Assembly: GCA_964016885.1 (NCBI GenBank)
Contig: OZ024760.1
Location: forward strand, 2,418,001-2,482,000
Length of the DNA stretch: 64,000 bases
Direction of reading: 5' to 3'
Source of the DNA: Eledone cirrhosa
Taxonomy: Eukaryota
In this document: one piece after another, positions 1 to 13,051 of the stretch
How positions within the stretch are numbered: position 1 is the stretch's first letter
Layout of the letters: every line of letters begins with the position of its first letter
Notes under the pieces: generated by a model
Told to the model about the DNA's origin: nothing
Databases searched by the model: none
The model's input: the letters and a program-made list of their open reading frames with translations, nothing else
Program-made: the position numbers and the translations under genes

Positions 1-90
1 TACACATATATATGTCATCATCACCGTTTTACATCCATTCTTCCACTATAGCATGGGTTAGACAGTATATATATATATATATATATATAT

Positions 91-169
91 AACAATCTGG
101 CAGGAAGGTATACGTTGCTGAGGATAGCTAATAAGCTTGAAACTAGTACAGCGTTCCTTTGTCAGTGTT
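91..169 (+). ncRNA. Type I hammerhead ribozyme motif in a (TA)n-flanked insert (insert ~91-272)
   Basis: Stem I acgttg(112-117)/cagcgt(149-154), core CTGAGGA(118-124), stem II agc-taataa-gct, GAAA(139-142), palindromic stem III A-CTAG-T, GUA cleavage triplet. Stem I extends imperfectly (aacaatctggcaggaagg / cctttgtcagtgtt). Confidence 0.8.
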
Positions 170-403
170 GAACAAACGAGCAACGATGGTTGCTAGACAC
201 TACGGCTTAATATGGGATGTTTGTTTACAAACACACCGAGCATTATAATAAATGTTCGGTGAATCCATACGTACATATATATGTGTGCATGTATGTATAT
301 ATATATACATACTACTGTACGTCTGTATACATATATGTACATACTTAAATTTAAGTAACAGCCGTACTAAGAGTGGGAAATGAAATTTCGTTTCATTTTT
401 TCC

Positions 404-440
<37 letters not shown>

Positions 441-469
441 AATAAGGGCGCTGCGGAGTTGCAAATGGG

Positions 470-1272
470 TTACATATGGTTTTCTTCTGGTATGAATATA
501 TTTGTCTCCAGTATAATTACATTGATGAGTAGTTAAGTTATGGTTCAGTGAGAGTGATTTGCCAGATATCACAGTGAAATGGTTTCTCAAGTATGAAAGT
601 TTTTGAGATTAAGCAGCTTGCTACTGAGAATGATTTACCCCAGATATCACAATGATATGATAGTTCTCCTGTATGAATTCATTTATGAATTATTAAGTGG
701 CCTTTTTGAGAGAATGATTAGCCACTGGTATCACTGCGATAAGGTTTCTTTCAAGTATGAATATGTTTATGAGTAGTAAAGCTGCTTGCTTGAGAGAATG
801 ATTTACCACAGATATGGCAGTGATATAGTTTCTCTCCTGTATGAATTTGTTCATGATTTGTTAAGTGGCCTTTTTGAGATAATGATTTACCACAGATATC
901 ACAGTGATATGGTTTCTCTCCTGTATGAATTTGTTCATGATTTGTTAAGTGGCCTTTTTGAGATAATGATTTACCACAGATATCACAGTGATATGGTTTC
1001 TCTCCTGTATGAATTTGTTCATGATTTGTTAAGTGGCCTTTTTGAGAGAATGATTTACCACAGATATCACAGTGATATGGTTTCTCTCCTGTATGAATTT
1101 GTTCATGATTTGTTAAGTGGCCTTTTTGAGAGAATGATTTACCACAGATATCACAGTGATATGGTTTCTCTCCTGTATGAATATATTTGTGAATTGTTAA
1201 GTTGCCTGCTTGAGAGAATGATTTACCGCAGATATCACAGTGATATGGTTTCTCTCTTGTATGAATATGTTT
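470..1272 (-). pseudogene. Tandem C2H2 zinc-finger array (6 open fingers at 751-1272 plus ~3 decayed fingers); pseudogene or eroded terminal exon
   Basis: Repeated [28 protein letters not shown] with an 84-bp period. TGA at 751 replaces the linker Gly. Fingers at ~470-750 have stops, frameshifts and lost Cys. The 5' side runs into (TA)n with no real start. Confidence 0.85.
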
Positions 1273-1286
1273 ATATATATATATAT

Positions 1287-1552
1287 ATGTAATAAATAAC
1301 ACAATATAATTATTCCATTACCCAAGGTTTCATGAAGACAGGCGACCCCAACAGAGGCATCCAAAGTCGTTCATCAGAAGGAAAATTTAATATTAAATTT
1401 TCCTTCTGATGAACGACTTTCGACGCCTCTGTTGGGGTCGCCTGTCTTCATGAAACCTTGGGTAATGGAATAATTATATTGTGTTATTTATTACATAATT
1501 GAATAACTCTGTACTATACATAGAGAACTCCTCTTTCCCAAGGAAATACTTT
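1287..1552 (+). mobile_element. PLE-like end: ~105-bp inverted repeat plus ~55-nt tail, carrying an HHR-like motif with long stem II
   Basis: Near-perfect palindrome 1287-1496 centred ~1391. CTGATGA(1406-1412)...GAAA cc-ttg-gg TA atggaa(1452-1470). Unpaired tail, (TA)n on both sides. Homologue at 26573-26790. Confidence 0.7.
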
Positions 1553-1571
1553 ATATATATATATAGAAAGG

Positions 1572-1826
1572 AATGTGGCTGAGTGGTTAGAGAATTGGAT
1601 TCACAAACATGAGGTTGTGAGGTTCATTCCCGGACTGGGCAATGTGTTATGTCCTTGAGCAAGACACTTTATTTCACATTGCTCCTTCTACCTGGATTTG
1701 CGACTGATAGATAGTATTAGCAATTGGAAAGACCAATGGAAACATTGTTTCCTTGGTCCGATTTGACGAGCTCCACCCCACTTGTTAAGTGAATGAGGTC
1801 TGGGATCTCGTTGATCAACTGTCGAT
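1572..1826 (+). mobile_element. tRNA-derived SINE with CORE-like body (also ~10490-10740 minus, ~12398-12490 partial)
   Basis: A box tggctgagtgg, B-box-like ggttcattcc, body tgtccttgagcaagacactttatttcacattgctc. Homologous copies elsewhere in the window. Confidence 0.75.
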
Positions 1827-1839
1827 ATATATATATATA

Positions 1840-1994
1840 TAGGAAAAAGTATGACCCCGACGGCAGAGCTCAAGCCGTTTTGACAGCTATTTTTAGTTCA
1901 GAAATAGCCGTCGAAACGCATTGAGCTCTGCCGTCGGGGGTCATACTTTTTCCTATTTCCCACTCTACTACTCTAAGTATTGAGTACTCTGGTG
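1840..1994 (+). mobile_element. PLE-like palindrome plus tail (same family as 46655-46850)
   Basis: aggaaaaagtatgaccccgacggcagagctcaa ... ttgagctctgccgtcgggggtcatactttttcct, then a tail shared with the 46.7 kb copy. Confidence 0.65.
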
Positions 1995-2824
1995 CCTTTC
2001 TCACTCTCTACTCTGTATCTATTCCTTAGTTTTCTCTCCTCCTTGTTCTCTCTTTCACAGCCTCTCACTCTCTGTCGCTTTCCTTCTCTCTCTCCATCTC
2101 ACTGCATCTCTCTTCTCTTTTCTTTCTCTCTCTCTCTCTCCCTTTCCCCCTTCTCTCTCATATTCTCTTTTTCCCTTTTTCTCACTCACCTCTTCTCTCT
2201 CTCTCTGCCTCTTTCCCTCTCCCACCATCCCACTGTCTCTCCTCTTTTTTCTCTCTCCACCCCACCCAACCTCACCTTATCTATCTTTAGTAGTTTCCTT
2301 ATCTCTTTCTCTCTCTCTCCCTCCCATTCCATCTCACTGCCTCTCTCACCTCTTTCCCCCTCTCTCACCAGTCCACAACCCCTCTCTCCCTCTATCCTAT
2401 CTTTTTCTCTTTCCACCCTACCCCACCTCACCTTATCTATCTTTAATGGTTTCAACTCAAAATTATTTGAAAGCAAGGTTAAATTATATATAATATCACT
2501 GCACTATATTTTTCCATGTTGTTATTGTTGCCATTATTTATTTGATAGTGTTTTGCAACATTGCCTTACATCCATGAAACTTATATAGAATTAATTTAAG
2601 CTGACTGCAGTGATTCTCAATTGAATTTTAACATTTTACTACAGTATATCACCACAAATGAAATATTTGATCAAAGTTTAGCTTGATTCAATGTAAATCT
2701 CATTGTACATCCATGCGTGTGTTTGTGAAAATAAACACACACATAGCGTGAACCTAATAAAGTTTTATTTGTATTGCCTCTCTGTTTTTGTTCCCATCCA
2801 AATTTTCACTATATATATGCAGAG

Positions 2825-3060
2825 GTTATATTTAATTTGTTGGGATTCAACAAGCTTAAAAATTTTTATAACTGATATAAAGCACTCAACAATTAGTGTA
2901 GTAAATATACAATATATTAACAAATGGAAACTATATTTATAAAACCATATTTATTTTATTATACATATTTCAAGGGCCACCAAGGCAAATTATGGTGCGC
3001 TTTCATCAGATAAAATACAATACAGATTTGTTTTATAAATAAATATTGACATGCCCTGAA
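2825..3060 (-). mobile_element. PLE-like 3' end with type I HHR (HHR at 2952-3017)
   Basis: Minus strand: tattttat CTGATGA aagcgcacca-taatttgcct-tggtggccctt GAAA tatgta TA ataaaata, with an 8-bp stem I. Related copies at ~12650, 16190, 22175, 26400. Confidence 0.75.
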
Positions 3061-3379
3061 AAATATAAATATATACACACACATATATATATATACACAC
3101 ACACATATATATACACACACACATATATATATATATACACACACACATATATATACACACACACATATATATATATGTGTGTGTGTATATATATATGTGT
3201 GTGTGTGTGTGTGTGCGTATATATATATATGTATATATATATATACACACACATATACATATATATATGTTCCACCCTTGCAAGCAGGGAAAAGCTAATG
3301 TATGATGATGATGATGTATATGAGTGTGTGTGTATGTATGTATATATATATATATATATCCTGGTATGTGTATATGCAT

Positions 3380-4243
3380 TTTTCCTTCTAACTTTAATTT
3401 TATACCTAATTGTGTATGGTTGACGATATATTTAATCAATTTCCACGTGCTATTGAAATGTTGGGTAAATATTCTATAGCTATTGATCACGAATAGATGG
3501 CTGTCGTTTATTTATCTATTATTTCTTCATAGGTGCCTTTTAATCTTATAGCCTGGTTTAATTGGTTTTTTGTGTGGTTGATTATGCTAATTAAGAGAGG
3601 AGATGGTGTACATATCTTATCAAATGATTCTATGGACATAATTTATAGTAATGTTTGTATTTATCTCCAGACTCTAGCTATTGACCAGTTAATTTTCTTG
3701 ATTTTTTAGTTGATTCTATTGACTGATGAATAGCTTATGTTAATTTTAACCCTTCTGTTGAGAACTCTATTCGATTTGTGATGTTTTTGCATTCTTGCAA
3801 AAATATACACAACTGAATTTATTCGCCTGATATAGGGGCTGCCTCCCTTGCCGATCCCCACGTGGAGTCAGCAATAGTCAGTCCTTGTATTAACATTGAA
3901 CTAAAACCTGTTGAGAAAGTGGCTTCCTTGTTCAATCATCTTACCAGAAGCCTGACATTATTTATGTAAGCGGACGGTACTTGATTTAGGAGCCACAGAA
4001 ACCCAAATACTGGATTTTACCAACCTTCCAGGGGTCCGGGTAAATTTTCAATACCTGAATTACTTGATCGTTTTTTTTGGCTATGCGAATGATTCTTTAA
4101 CCATCGTCTCAGTGTGTTTGGCCTTTAACGTTTGTTATAGCTCTGGTTCATCTGAATCATTGAGCACTTGCCTCACATCTCGGAGGTTGTTTTTCATTAT
4201 TTCGTGGGCCGAAATGCGAATCTCGATAATTTGTGTTTGTTTT

Positions 4244-4245
<2 letters not shown>
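3380..4245 (-). pseudogene. Heavily decayed Penelope-like ORF remnant (RT thumb/linker/GIY-YIG region)
   Basis: Manual translation gives KIQYLGF..KYRP, EAAPI, HHKSNRVLNRRVKINISYSS and NSTWKLIKYIV. These resemble PLE motifs (H.LHKIFNRNTIKISYS; ST.LSKYIW) from memory. Lies upstream of, and co-oriented with, the HHR end at 2825-3060. Confidence 0.4.
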
Positions 4246-4300
<55 letters not shown>

Positions 4301-4354
4301 GGGGAGAGAGAGACAAAAAAGACATGAATCTGATGTCCTCCGCATTCAATAATA

Positions 4355-5190
4355 ATTATCTCTACTTTTGGCACAAGGCCAGCAATTTTGAACTGAAGGG
4401 AGACTTAACCAACTTTCCCCTTCCACCAAAACTGTTGGCCTTGGGCTCAAATCAGAAACCATTATTATCTCCCTGAAGCAGAGAGTTACGTCCCTTTATG
4501 ATCTGAGTTCAAATCCCGCCGAGGTTAACTTTGCCTTTCATCCTTACGGGGTCGATAAAATAAAGTACCAGTAATGTACTGGGTAATTGCTGGCCTTGTG
4601 CCAAAAATAGAAACAATTATTATCTCCCTGAGGTTAGCTTTGCCTTTCATCCTTTCAGGGTTAATAAAATAAAGTACCTGTAACGCACTGGGGTTGATTT
4701 AGTAAACTTTCCTCCTCGCCACAAAAATGTGTTGGCCTTGTGTCTAAATCAGAAACCATTATTATTATTTGTGAGGGTGGTGGATTGGCAGGTAGAGCGT
4801 CGGACAATATGCTTTCCAGCATAGTTACGGCCCTTTACGTTCTGAGTTAAAATCCTACCGAGGTTAGCTTTGCCTTTCATCCTTACGGGGTCGATAAAAT
4901 AAAGTACCATTAATGCAGTGGGGTCGATTTAATCAACTTTCCCTACCCCCAAATTGCTGGCCTTGTGCCTAAATCAAAAACCATTATTATTGGTAGCAGG
5001 GCAGTGGATTGGCAGTATCGGTAGAGAGTCGGACGCCATGCTTTCCAGCATAGTTACTTCCCTTTACGGTCTGAGTTCAAATCCCGTCGAGGTTAACTTT
5101 GCCTTTCATCCTTACGGGGTCGATAAAATAAAGTACCAGTAATGTACTGGGTAATTGCTGGCCTTGTGCCAAAAGTAGAAACAATTATTA
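4355..5190 (+). mobile_element. Cluster of 4-5 tRNA-derived SINE copies/fragments with Deu/Nin-like domain
   Basis: Repeated gttcaaatcccgccgaggttaactttgcctttcatccttacggggtcgataaaataaagtacca...ttgctggccttgtgcc..aaa.tagaaac(att)n. Confidence 0.8.
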
Positions 5191-5424
5191 TTGGTAGTAG
5201 TAGTAGTACCAATGATTATTTCCCCCTAGCATTGTACTTTACCAGCTTTCTCAGTAATTAATAACGTTTTCTTCTGACAAGATTTTCCACTAAATGTTAT
5301 TTGCCTGTTATTCTAAATCTTTAATAACCTCATCAATAATTCTGCAGATGTTTGTAAATAAAGTAGATCTCCTAAAAGCATTCCAATATCCATTTTGGTC
5401 AGTATCCTAGCTAAACCATTTCTC

Positions 5425-5640
5425 TTAACCTTCTAGCACATAAATTACTCTATATTTACTATTGTATTTTCATGGTAAAGGCTTTATCTCACATAATATT
5501 GAAGCTATGAGATTTTGATGATATTTATTTTGAGATCAATACCTTAATATCAGTATGAGCAGCCAGTTACAGCCAGTTTGAACAGAAAGAATTGAGAGAA
5601 TTCTGACCGAATATGGTTGACTTAAATGCTAAAGGGTTAA
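5425..5640. mobile_element. ~215-bp TTAA-flanked MITE (piggyBac-like); copies at 30898-31100, 31745-31973, 37872-38292, partial 13340-13686
   Basis: TTAA at both ends, short TIR ccctttagcattta/taaatgctaaaggg, shared internal sequence among copies. Confidence 0.65.
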
Positions 5641-6555
5641 AAATAACACACCATTCCTTTGAGAACCACACAAGTTAACTTTACTCTTTTGATACAAACC
5701 CAACCAAAACCAGTTTTAGTTCTATAAAACAAAGCTACCCATTTTAAAGTGTTCCTATTCAACCCTTTTGATACAAACCCAGGTAAAACCAGCTCTGGTT
5801 CTATGAAACAAAACCACCCATTTTAAAGGGTTCTTTTTAAACCCTTTTGATATCAACCCAGCCCAAACCAGTTCTAGTTCTATGAAACAAAGCCACCTAC
5901 TTTAAAGGGTTCCTTTTTAACCCCTTTCATACCAACCTGGCCCAAACCACCCAATTTAAATTGAAATATCCCAACATAATTTCATATAAGAACCATCTTA
6001 GTAATGAAATAATCAGATATTTTTAGTAAATCTCTTGAAATCTTTCATTAATTAATCCCGCCGAGGTTGACTTTGCCTTTCATCCTTACAGGGTCGATAA
6101 AATAAAGTACCAGTAATGCACTGTGTAATTGCTGGCCTTGTGCCTAAAGTAGAAACAATTATTTAATAGAAATACATGGTTCCTATCTAAATCAAAAATC
6201 TTCCAATATACTTCTATATATAAGAAGTGTTGTGTAACTATTTTAGTAACAAATAATAATTAATTTTAGTAAACCCCTCAAAATCTTTTAAATAGGGTCA
6301 GAATTATTGATTATTTTTAAAATCATGAGTAGAGTCTTTTATTAAAAATATGATAACGAAAGAGTTAAAATGTTTATATTTATCTTAAAACATTTCAGCT
6401 CAATGTTATCATAAAGCTTGTTATATTACTAAATCCCTCAACATTCTTGATTACTTTGAAAATCTTGGGTAAAGTTTTTTTATTAGAAAAAATATGACAA
6501 CCAAAGAGTTAAAATATTTATATTTATGTAAAATATTCCATTATGAGTTTAGAAC

Positions 6556-6607
<52 letters not shown>

Positions 6608-6774
6608 GATAGATATATATATATATAGAGAGAGATAGATAGGTATAGATATATAGATATATATATATATATATAGAGAGAGATAATTTTAATAAAGGTA
6701 TAACCGTCAACATAATATTACAAATAGAAAGAGAAAGAAAAGAAAGAAAAGGGAAAGGAAAAAGGAAAGAAAAA

Positions 6775-7852
6775 ATACACAAGCAGGTAATACGCACATC
6801 TAGGACCACATACAACACATAAACAGGTAATACGCACATCTAGGACCACATACAACACACAAGCAGGTAATACACACATCTTGGACCACATACAACACAC
6901 AAACAGGTAATACACACATCTAGGACCACATACAACACACAAGCAGGTAATACACACATCTTGGACTACATACAACACATAAGTAGGTAATACACACATC
7001 TAGGACCACATACAACACACAAGCAGGTAATACACACATCTAGGACCACATACAACACATAAGCAGGTAATACACACATCTAGGACCACATACAACACAT
7101 AAGCAGGTAATACACACATCTAGGACCACATACAACACACAAGCAGGTAATACACACATCTAGGACCACATACAACACATAAGCAGGTAATACACACATC
7201 TAGGACCACATACAACACACAAGCAGGTAATACATACATCTAGGACCACATACAACACATAAGCAGGTAGTACACACATCTAGGACCACATACAACACAC
7301 AAGCAGGTAATACACACATCTAGGACCACATACAATACATAAGCAGGTAATACACACATCTAGGACCACATACAACACCCAAGCAGGTAATACACACATC
7401 TAGGACCACTACAACACATAAGTAGGTAATACACACATCTAGGACCACTACAACACACAAGCAGGTAATACACACATCTAGGACCACTACAATACATAAG
7501 TAGGTAATACACACATCTAGGACCATATACAACATACAAGCAGGTAATACACACATCTTGGACCACATACAACACACAAACAGGTAATACACACATCTAG
7601 GACCACATACAACACACAAGCAGGTAATACACACATCTAGGACCACATACAACACACAAGCAGGTAATACACACATCTAAGACCACATAAAACACACAAG
7701 CAGGTAATACACACATCTAAGACCACATAAAACACACAAGCAGGTAATACACACATCTAAGACCACATAAAACACACAAGCAGGTAATACACACATCTAA
7801 GACCACATAAAACACACAAGCAGGTAATACACACATCTAAGACCACATAAAA
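6775..7852. repeat. 40-bp minisatellite, ~27 copies
   Basis: Unit aagcaggtaatacacacatctaggaccacatacaacacac. Confidence 0.95.
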
Positions 7853-9014
7853 CAAAAGAATGGAAAAACGAACCGCTGCCTGAGCAAAAGACAACAGTAT
7901 CTCACGGGGCACTGGGAAACCTCTCTAATGTTTTTTGAGGGAAGCTAGCATGCTCACAGCATTAAATTAATTGACTTCCAAATTCTTCTTATTCTGACAA
8001 TCATAAGATAGAATGTCTAATTAGTAATATGGTAATGAAAGGGTTTAAATGTTTATATTTATCTAGAACATTCCATTGTGATTTTATGATAAAGTTAGTT
8101 ATATTACTAAATACTTCCAAATTTTTCTTTATTTTGACAACCATTGGAAAGAACCTATTATCAGAAACACGGTAACAAAAGGGTTAAACCTGGATAAGCA
8201 TAAAGGATAAAGATCCCATAACTCTTTGTGCAGTTGTAGAGGCACCGTCATATGGTGTGTCTAGGGCACTTTTAAACCTGGTGGAGCCCAACCCTCTCCA
8301 CGTCTGAACACAGCCGATTTTTTCTACAGAGAAAGAATCGACCCCAGTACTGGACTGGTACTTTTTTATCGACCTTGAAAAGATGAAAGAATAAGTTGAC
8401 TCCAGCTGGATTTGAACTCTGAGCACGCAATGAGGTCAGACAAATTATTAGAAATATGGTAAGGATAACGACCCTGTAGCCCCTTGTAGAGGTGTAGAGG
8501 TACCGTCATACGGTGTGATTAGGGCACTTCTAAATCTGGAGAAGCCCAACCCTCTCCAGGTCTGAACACAGCTGATTTTTTTCTATAGAGGAAGAATCAA
8601 CGCCAGTACTGGACTGGTACTTTTTTTTATCAACCTCGAAAGGATGGAAGGTAAAGTTGACCACGGTGGGATTTGAACTCAGAACACGCACTGAGGTGAG
8701 ATGAATACCGTAAAGCATTCTATCTGATGTCTCAACGACTCTGCCAATTCACTGTCTTGATACAAAAGGGATTATTATTCGAAGTAAGAAAAAAGACATT
8801 AAATAAAACCTCTTGGAGCACTCAATGAAATTGATTTTTTTCCTAAGTACAAGGAGGCCTCTGATGGAATGGTAGGATGTGTCGTATTGGGACATGGAAT
8901 GGTATGGTATGTAGTGTTGAAATATGGAATGCTATGAGGAGAGGAATCAAAATAGTTCTCAAGGGAATTAGTAATGTAGTGACATAACTAAAGCATGGTT
9001 AATTGATTATTGTC

Positions 9015-10197
9015 AATGGTGGTGGTGTGAAGTGGTGGTGGTGGTGGTGGGTGTGGTGGTTGGTGGGTGTGGTGGTTGGTGGTTGTGGGGGTTGGTGGTT
9101 GTGATGGTGGTGGTGGGTGTGGTGGTTGGTGGTGGTGGTGGGTGGTTGTGGTGGTTGGTGGTTGTGATGGTGGTGGTGGTTGTGGTGGTTGGTGGTTGTG
9201 GTGGTGTGGTGGTGGTAGTGGTGGTGGGTGTGGTGGTTGGTAGTGGTGATGGGTGTGGTGGTTGGTAGTGGTGGTGGGTTGGTGGTGGCTTTGGTGGTTG
9301 GTGGTTGTGGTGGTTGGTGGTTGTGATGGTGGTGGTGGTTGTGGTGGTTGGTGGTTGTGGTGGTGTGGTGGTGGTAGTGGTGGTGGGTGTGGTGGTTGGT
9401 AGTGGTGGTGGTTGGTGGTTGGTGGTGGTGGTGGTGGTGGTGGTTGGTGGTTGGTGGTGGTTTTGGTGGTTGGTGATTGTGGTGGTTGGTGGTTGTGATG
9501 GTGGTGGTGGTTGGTGGTGGTTGGTGGTTGTGGTGGTGTGGTGGTGGTAGTGGTGGTGGTGGTTGGTGGTGGTGGTTGTGGTGGTTGGTGGTGGTTGTGG
9601 TTGTGTGAAGTGGAAGTGGTGTTGGTAGTTGGTGGTGGTGGTGGTGGTTGTGGTGGTGGTGGTGGTTGTGGTTGTGGTGTTGGTGGTTGTGGTGGTTGTG
9701 GTGGTGGTACTGGTTGTGTGAAGTGAAGGTGGTGTTGGTGGTGCTTTGAAGTGGTTGGTTGGTGTTGATGGTGGTGGTCGTGGTAGTAGTGGAGGTGTAG
9801 TGCTGATGCTGGTGGTGTGTGAAGTGATGCGTGAACTGGTGATGGTGGTGGGGATTTGTGAAGTGATGTGTGAAGTGCTGTGTGGTGGTGGTGGTTGTAT
9901 GTGAAGTGCTGTGTGGTAATGGTGGTATGTGATGTGGTTGTTGTGAAGGTGGTATGTAAACTGGTGGTAGTGGTGATTTGTGAAGCGGTGGTGATGGTCG
10001 TGATGGTATGTGAAGTGGTGTAGTGGTGATATGTGAAGTGATGGTGGTAGTGAAGTTGGTATGTGAAGTGGTGTTGGTGGTGGTGGTGAAGTTGGTATGT
10101 GAAGTGGTGGTGGTGGTAGTGGTGATATGTGAAGTGGTGGTGGTGGTGGTATATAAAGCGGTGGTGATGGTGAAGTTGGTTTGTGAAGTGGTGTGTG
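9015..10197. repeat. Degenerate (GGT)n low-complexity tract
   Basis: Direct inspection. Confidence 0.95.
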
Positions 10198-11176
10198 ACA
10201 ACAACCAGGAATGACAGCTAAACCACGTACATATTTAACCATTAACTCTCCACAACTCTTAAGATATTTACCACTAAGTCAATATTGATTTACATTCTAT
10301 CTTCTCATTCTTTATTTTACTTTTATTTCTATTTTAACCCCTTTGATACCAAACCACAAAAAAGCAACCCTTGCTCAGCATCATAAAATTGTTTATGTTT
10401 AAGTGTTTGTATTTATCTAACACCCTTCCATCATATTTCTATGCAAGAAAGTCTTGTTTGAACATCATAGACAGTGTTTTCATTAATGACAGTTGATTGA
10501 CAGGATCTCAGAGCTCGCTCACTTAACGAGTGGTGTGGAGCTCGTCAAATCGGACCAAGGAAACAATGTTTCCATTGGTCTTTCCAATTGCTAATACTAT
10601 CTGTCGGTCGCAAATCCAGGCAGAAGGAGCAACATGAAATAAAGTGTCTGCTCAAGGACATAACACATCGCCCTGCCTGTCTGGGAATTGAACTCACAAC
10701 CTCACGATTGCGAATCCAATTCTCTAACCACTCAGCCACGCTGTATAGTAACAAACAAGTTAAAGTGTTTATATTTATCTAAAAAATTTTCCATTATAAT
10801 TTTATGTAAGAATCGTTAAGTTATGTTCCAAACACAGTGTTAATAATGAGGAAATTATTTATATCTCTAAATCAGAATCAATGTTAAGTTATGTTCCAAA
10901 CACCAGCTCAATGTTGAGAAAGTTAGTTATATTATTAAACCTCTTAAAATGTTCGGTTATTTTTCAAACTTATTTGAAAATCAAAGAGAGTGTCTTTCAG
11001 TAGAACTATAGCAACAGAAGAGTTATGATGATGATGATGATGATGGTGGTGGTGATGGTGGTGGTGGTGGTGGTGGTGGTGGTGGTGTCTTTCATTAGAA
11101 ATATGGTAATTAAAGTGCTTATTATTATCATTTTTTATTTTATGTCTGTTTTCCACACTGCCATGTTTCACCTTTC

Positions 11177-11655
11177 ACCATAATTTTATGTAAGAACCTT
11201 TGTTAAGTTATGTTCCAGACATCAGCTTAACCTATTTGATACCAAAATGCTTGAAACCACCCCCTGGTTCTATGATACAAAACTACTTATTTTAAAGTGT
11301 TTATATTTATCTAAAATCTTCTACCATAATTTTATGTAAGAACCTTTGTTAAGTTATGTTCCAGACATCAGCTTAACCTATTTGATACCAAAATGCTTGA
11401 AACCACCCCCTGGTTCTATGATACAAAACTACTTATTTTAAAGTGTTTACATTTATCTAAAATCTTCTACCATAATTTTATGTAAGAACCTTTGTTAAGT
11501 TATGTTCCAGACATCAGCTTAACCTATTTGATACCAAAATGCTTGAAACCACCCCCTGGTTCTATGATACAAAACTACTTATTTTAAAGTGTTTACATTT
11601 ATCTAAAATCTTCTACCATAATTTTATGTAAGAACATTTGTTAAGTTATGTTCCA
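11177..11655. repeat. 146-bp tandem repeat, ~3.3 copies
   Basis: accataattttatgtaagaac recurs at 11177, 11323, 11469 and 11615. Confidence 0.9.
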
Positions 11656-12649
11656 AACCGCAGCTTAATAGTGAGAAAATTTGTTATATTACTAAATCCA
11701 GCCACTTTCTTAATTATTTGTATGCGATAAATTATATGCGATAAATTTTCATTAGTAATATTCTATCTTATCCTTGGTCACTAACGGAAACGAAGTTAAA
11801 CTTGTTTTACCTTTATTAATGAAATATTTCAAGAATGGCTTAGGTCAGGCACTGAATAATGAAATACATTTTGATAAACAGTTTCTTCTGACATCATTCA
11901 AACTCGACATATATATATCTGACCGCCATAATGCTATCATTGGACAGGGACCAACAGATGCAGTGACATAGAATAGACATTTCCAACTTAGTAAGTATTT
12001 TTATCCCACAGACAATAAACGGAAAGAAATCAAATTTGTTATAAAATCTAAAAACCAACAGAAATAGCATTTCCTCAAATAATTTCCTGTAATATCAGGC
12101 TAGTTTCAAAATATAAATGTCTGCTATATAATTCCATGGCTGCTATAAGTTGATGCACAAACATAGATAGACTTCACCTTTCAAGGTAAAGTTATACTGA
12201 AGCTGAGAAAATATATAAGGAATGATTACAGCAACATCCCTGTTATGCGTTATGCAGCACTTGGCAACAAACCTATTAAGTGTATGTCAGAGATCACCTT
12301 CCTATGAGTTACATAGTAACATGTCATCCAACCCTTACCTTTGGGTCATGAATCTTCCTTAAACACTTCAGCATTTACATTACTCTATATTCACTGAAGG
12401 TACGTGGCTGAGTAGTTAGAGAATTGGATTTGCAATCATGAGGTTGTGAGTTCGATTCCCGGACCAGGCGATGCATTATGTCCTTGTTCAATTTACATGA
12501 CTACTATCACCTTCTTTCATCTTGCTGTCCCTCACATCCCTCTTTCTGCCAGTTAAAACCAGCCAAAATATTCTTCTCTGAGTGTATATACATACACACA
12601 CATATATACATACACACATATACATATATATACATATATATATATATAT

Positions 12650-12932
12650 ACAATATATTAACAAATGGAAATCATATTTATAAAACCATATTTATTTCAT
12701 TATACATATTTCAAGGGCCACCAAGGCAAATTATGGTGAAATAATGATGAAAGCGCACCATAATTTGCCTTGGTGGCCCTTGAAATATGTATAATGAAAT
12801 AAATATGGTTTTATAAATATAGTTTCCATTTGTTAATATATTGTATATTTACTCCAATAATTTGTTGAGTGCTTTATATCAGTTATAAAAATATTTGCTT
12901 GTTGTATACCAACAAATTAAATATAACCTCTA
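12650..12932 (+). mobile_element. PLE-like inverted repeat plus tail (family of 2825-3060); HHR cut at C3
   Basis: Arms 12650-12738 and ~12756-12845, tail to ~12932. aTGATGA(12744-50)...GAAA tatgta TA. Confidence 0.7.
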
Positions 12933-13051
12933 CATATTTAACACATACAAGCACACAAACACACACAAAAAGGAACATCAAAAAAACTTTAGATAAATCT
13001 TGTTATAGGACACGAATAAATGATTTACAACAAACATTATTTCTTATTCCA

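Noticed and set aside
5240-5420. Possible decayed L1-like RT remnants (also ~11900-12300)
   Set aside because: Only faint motif echoes (LITEKA, SDRHNAI) with many stops; too weak to call.
8999-10242. His/Thr/Pro-rich ORFs (also 18261-19133, 29268-30617, 57382-59638)
   Set aside because: Open in several frames on both strands because they are trinucleotide repeats.
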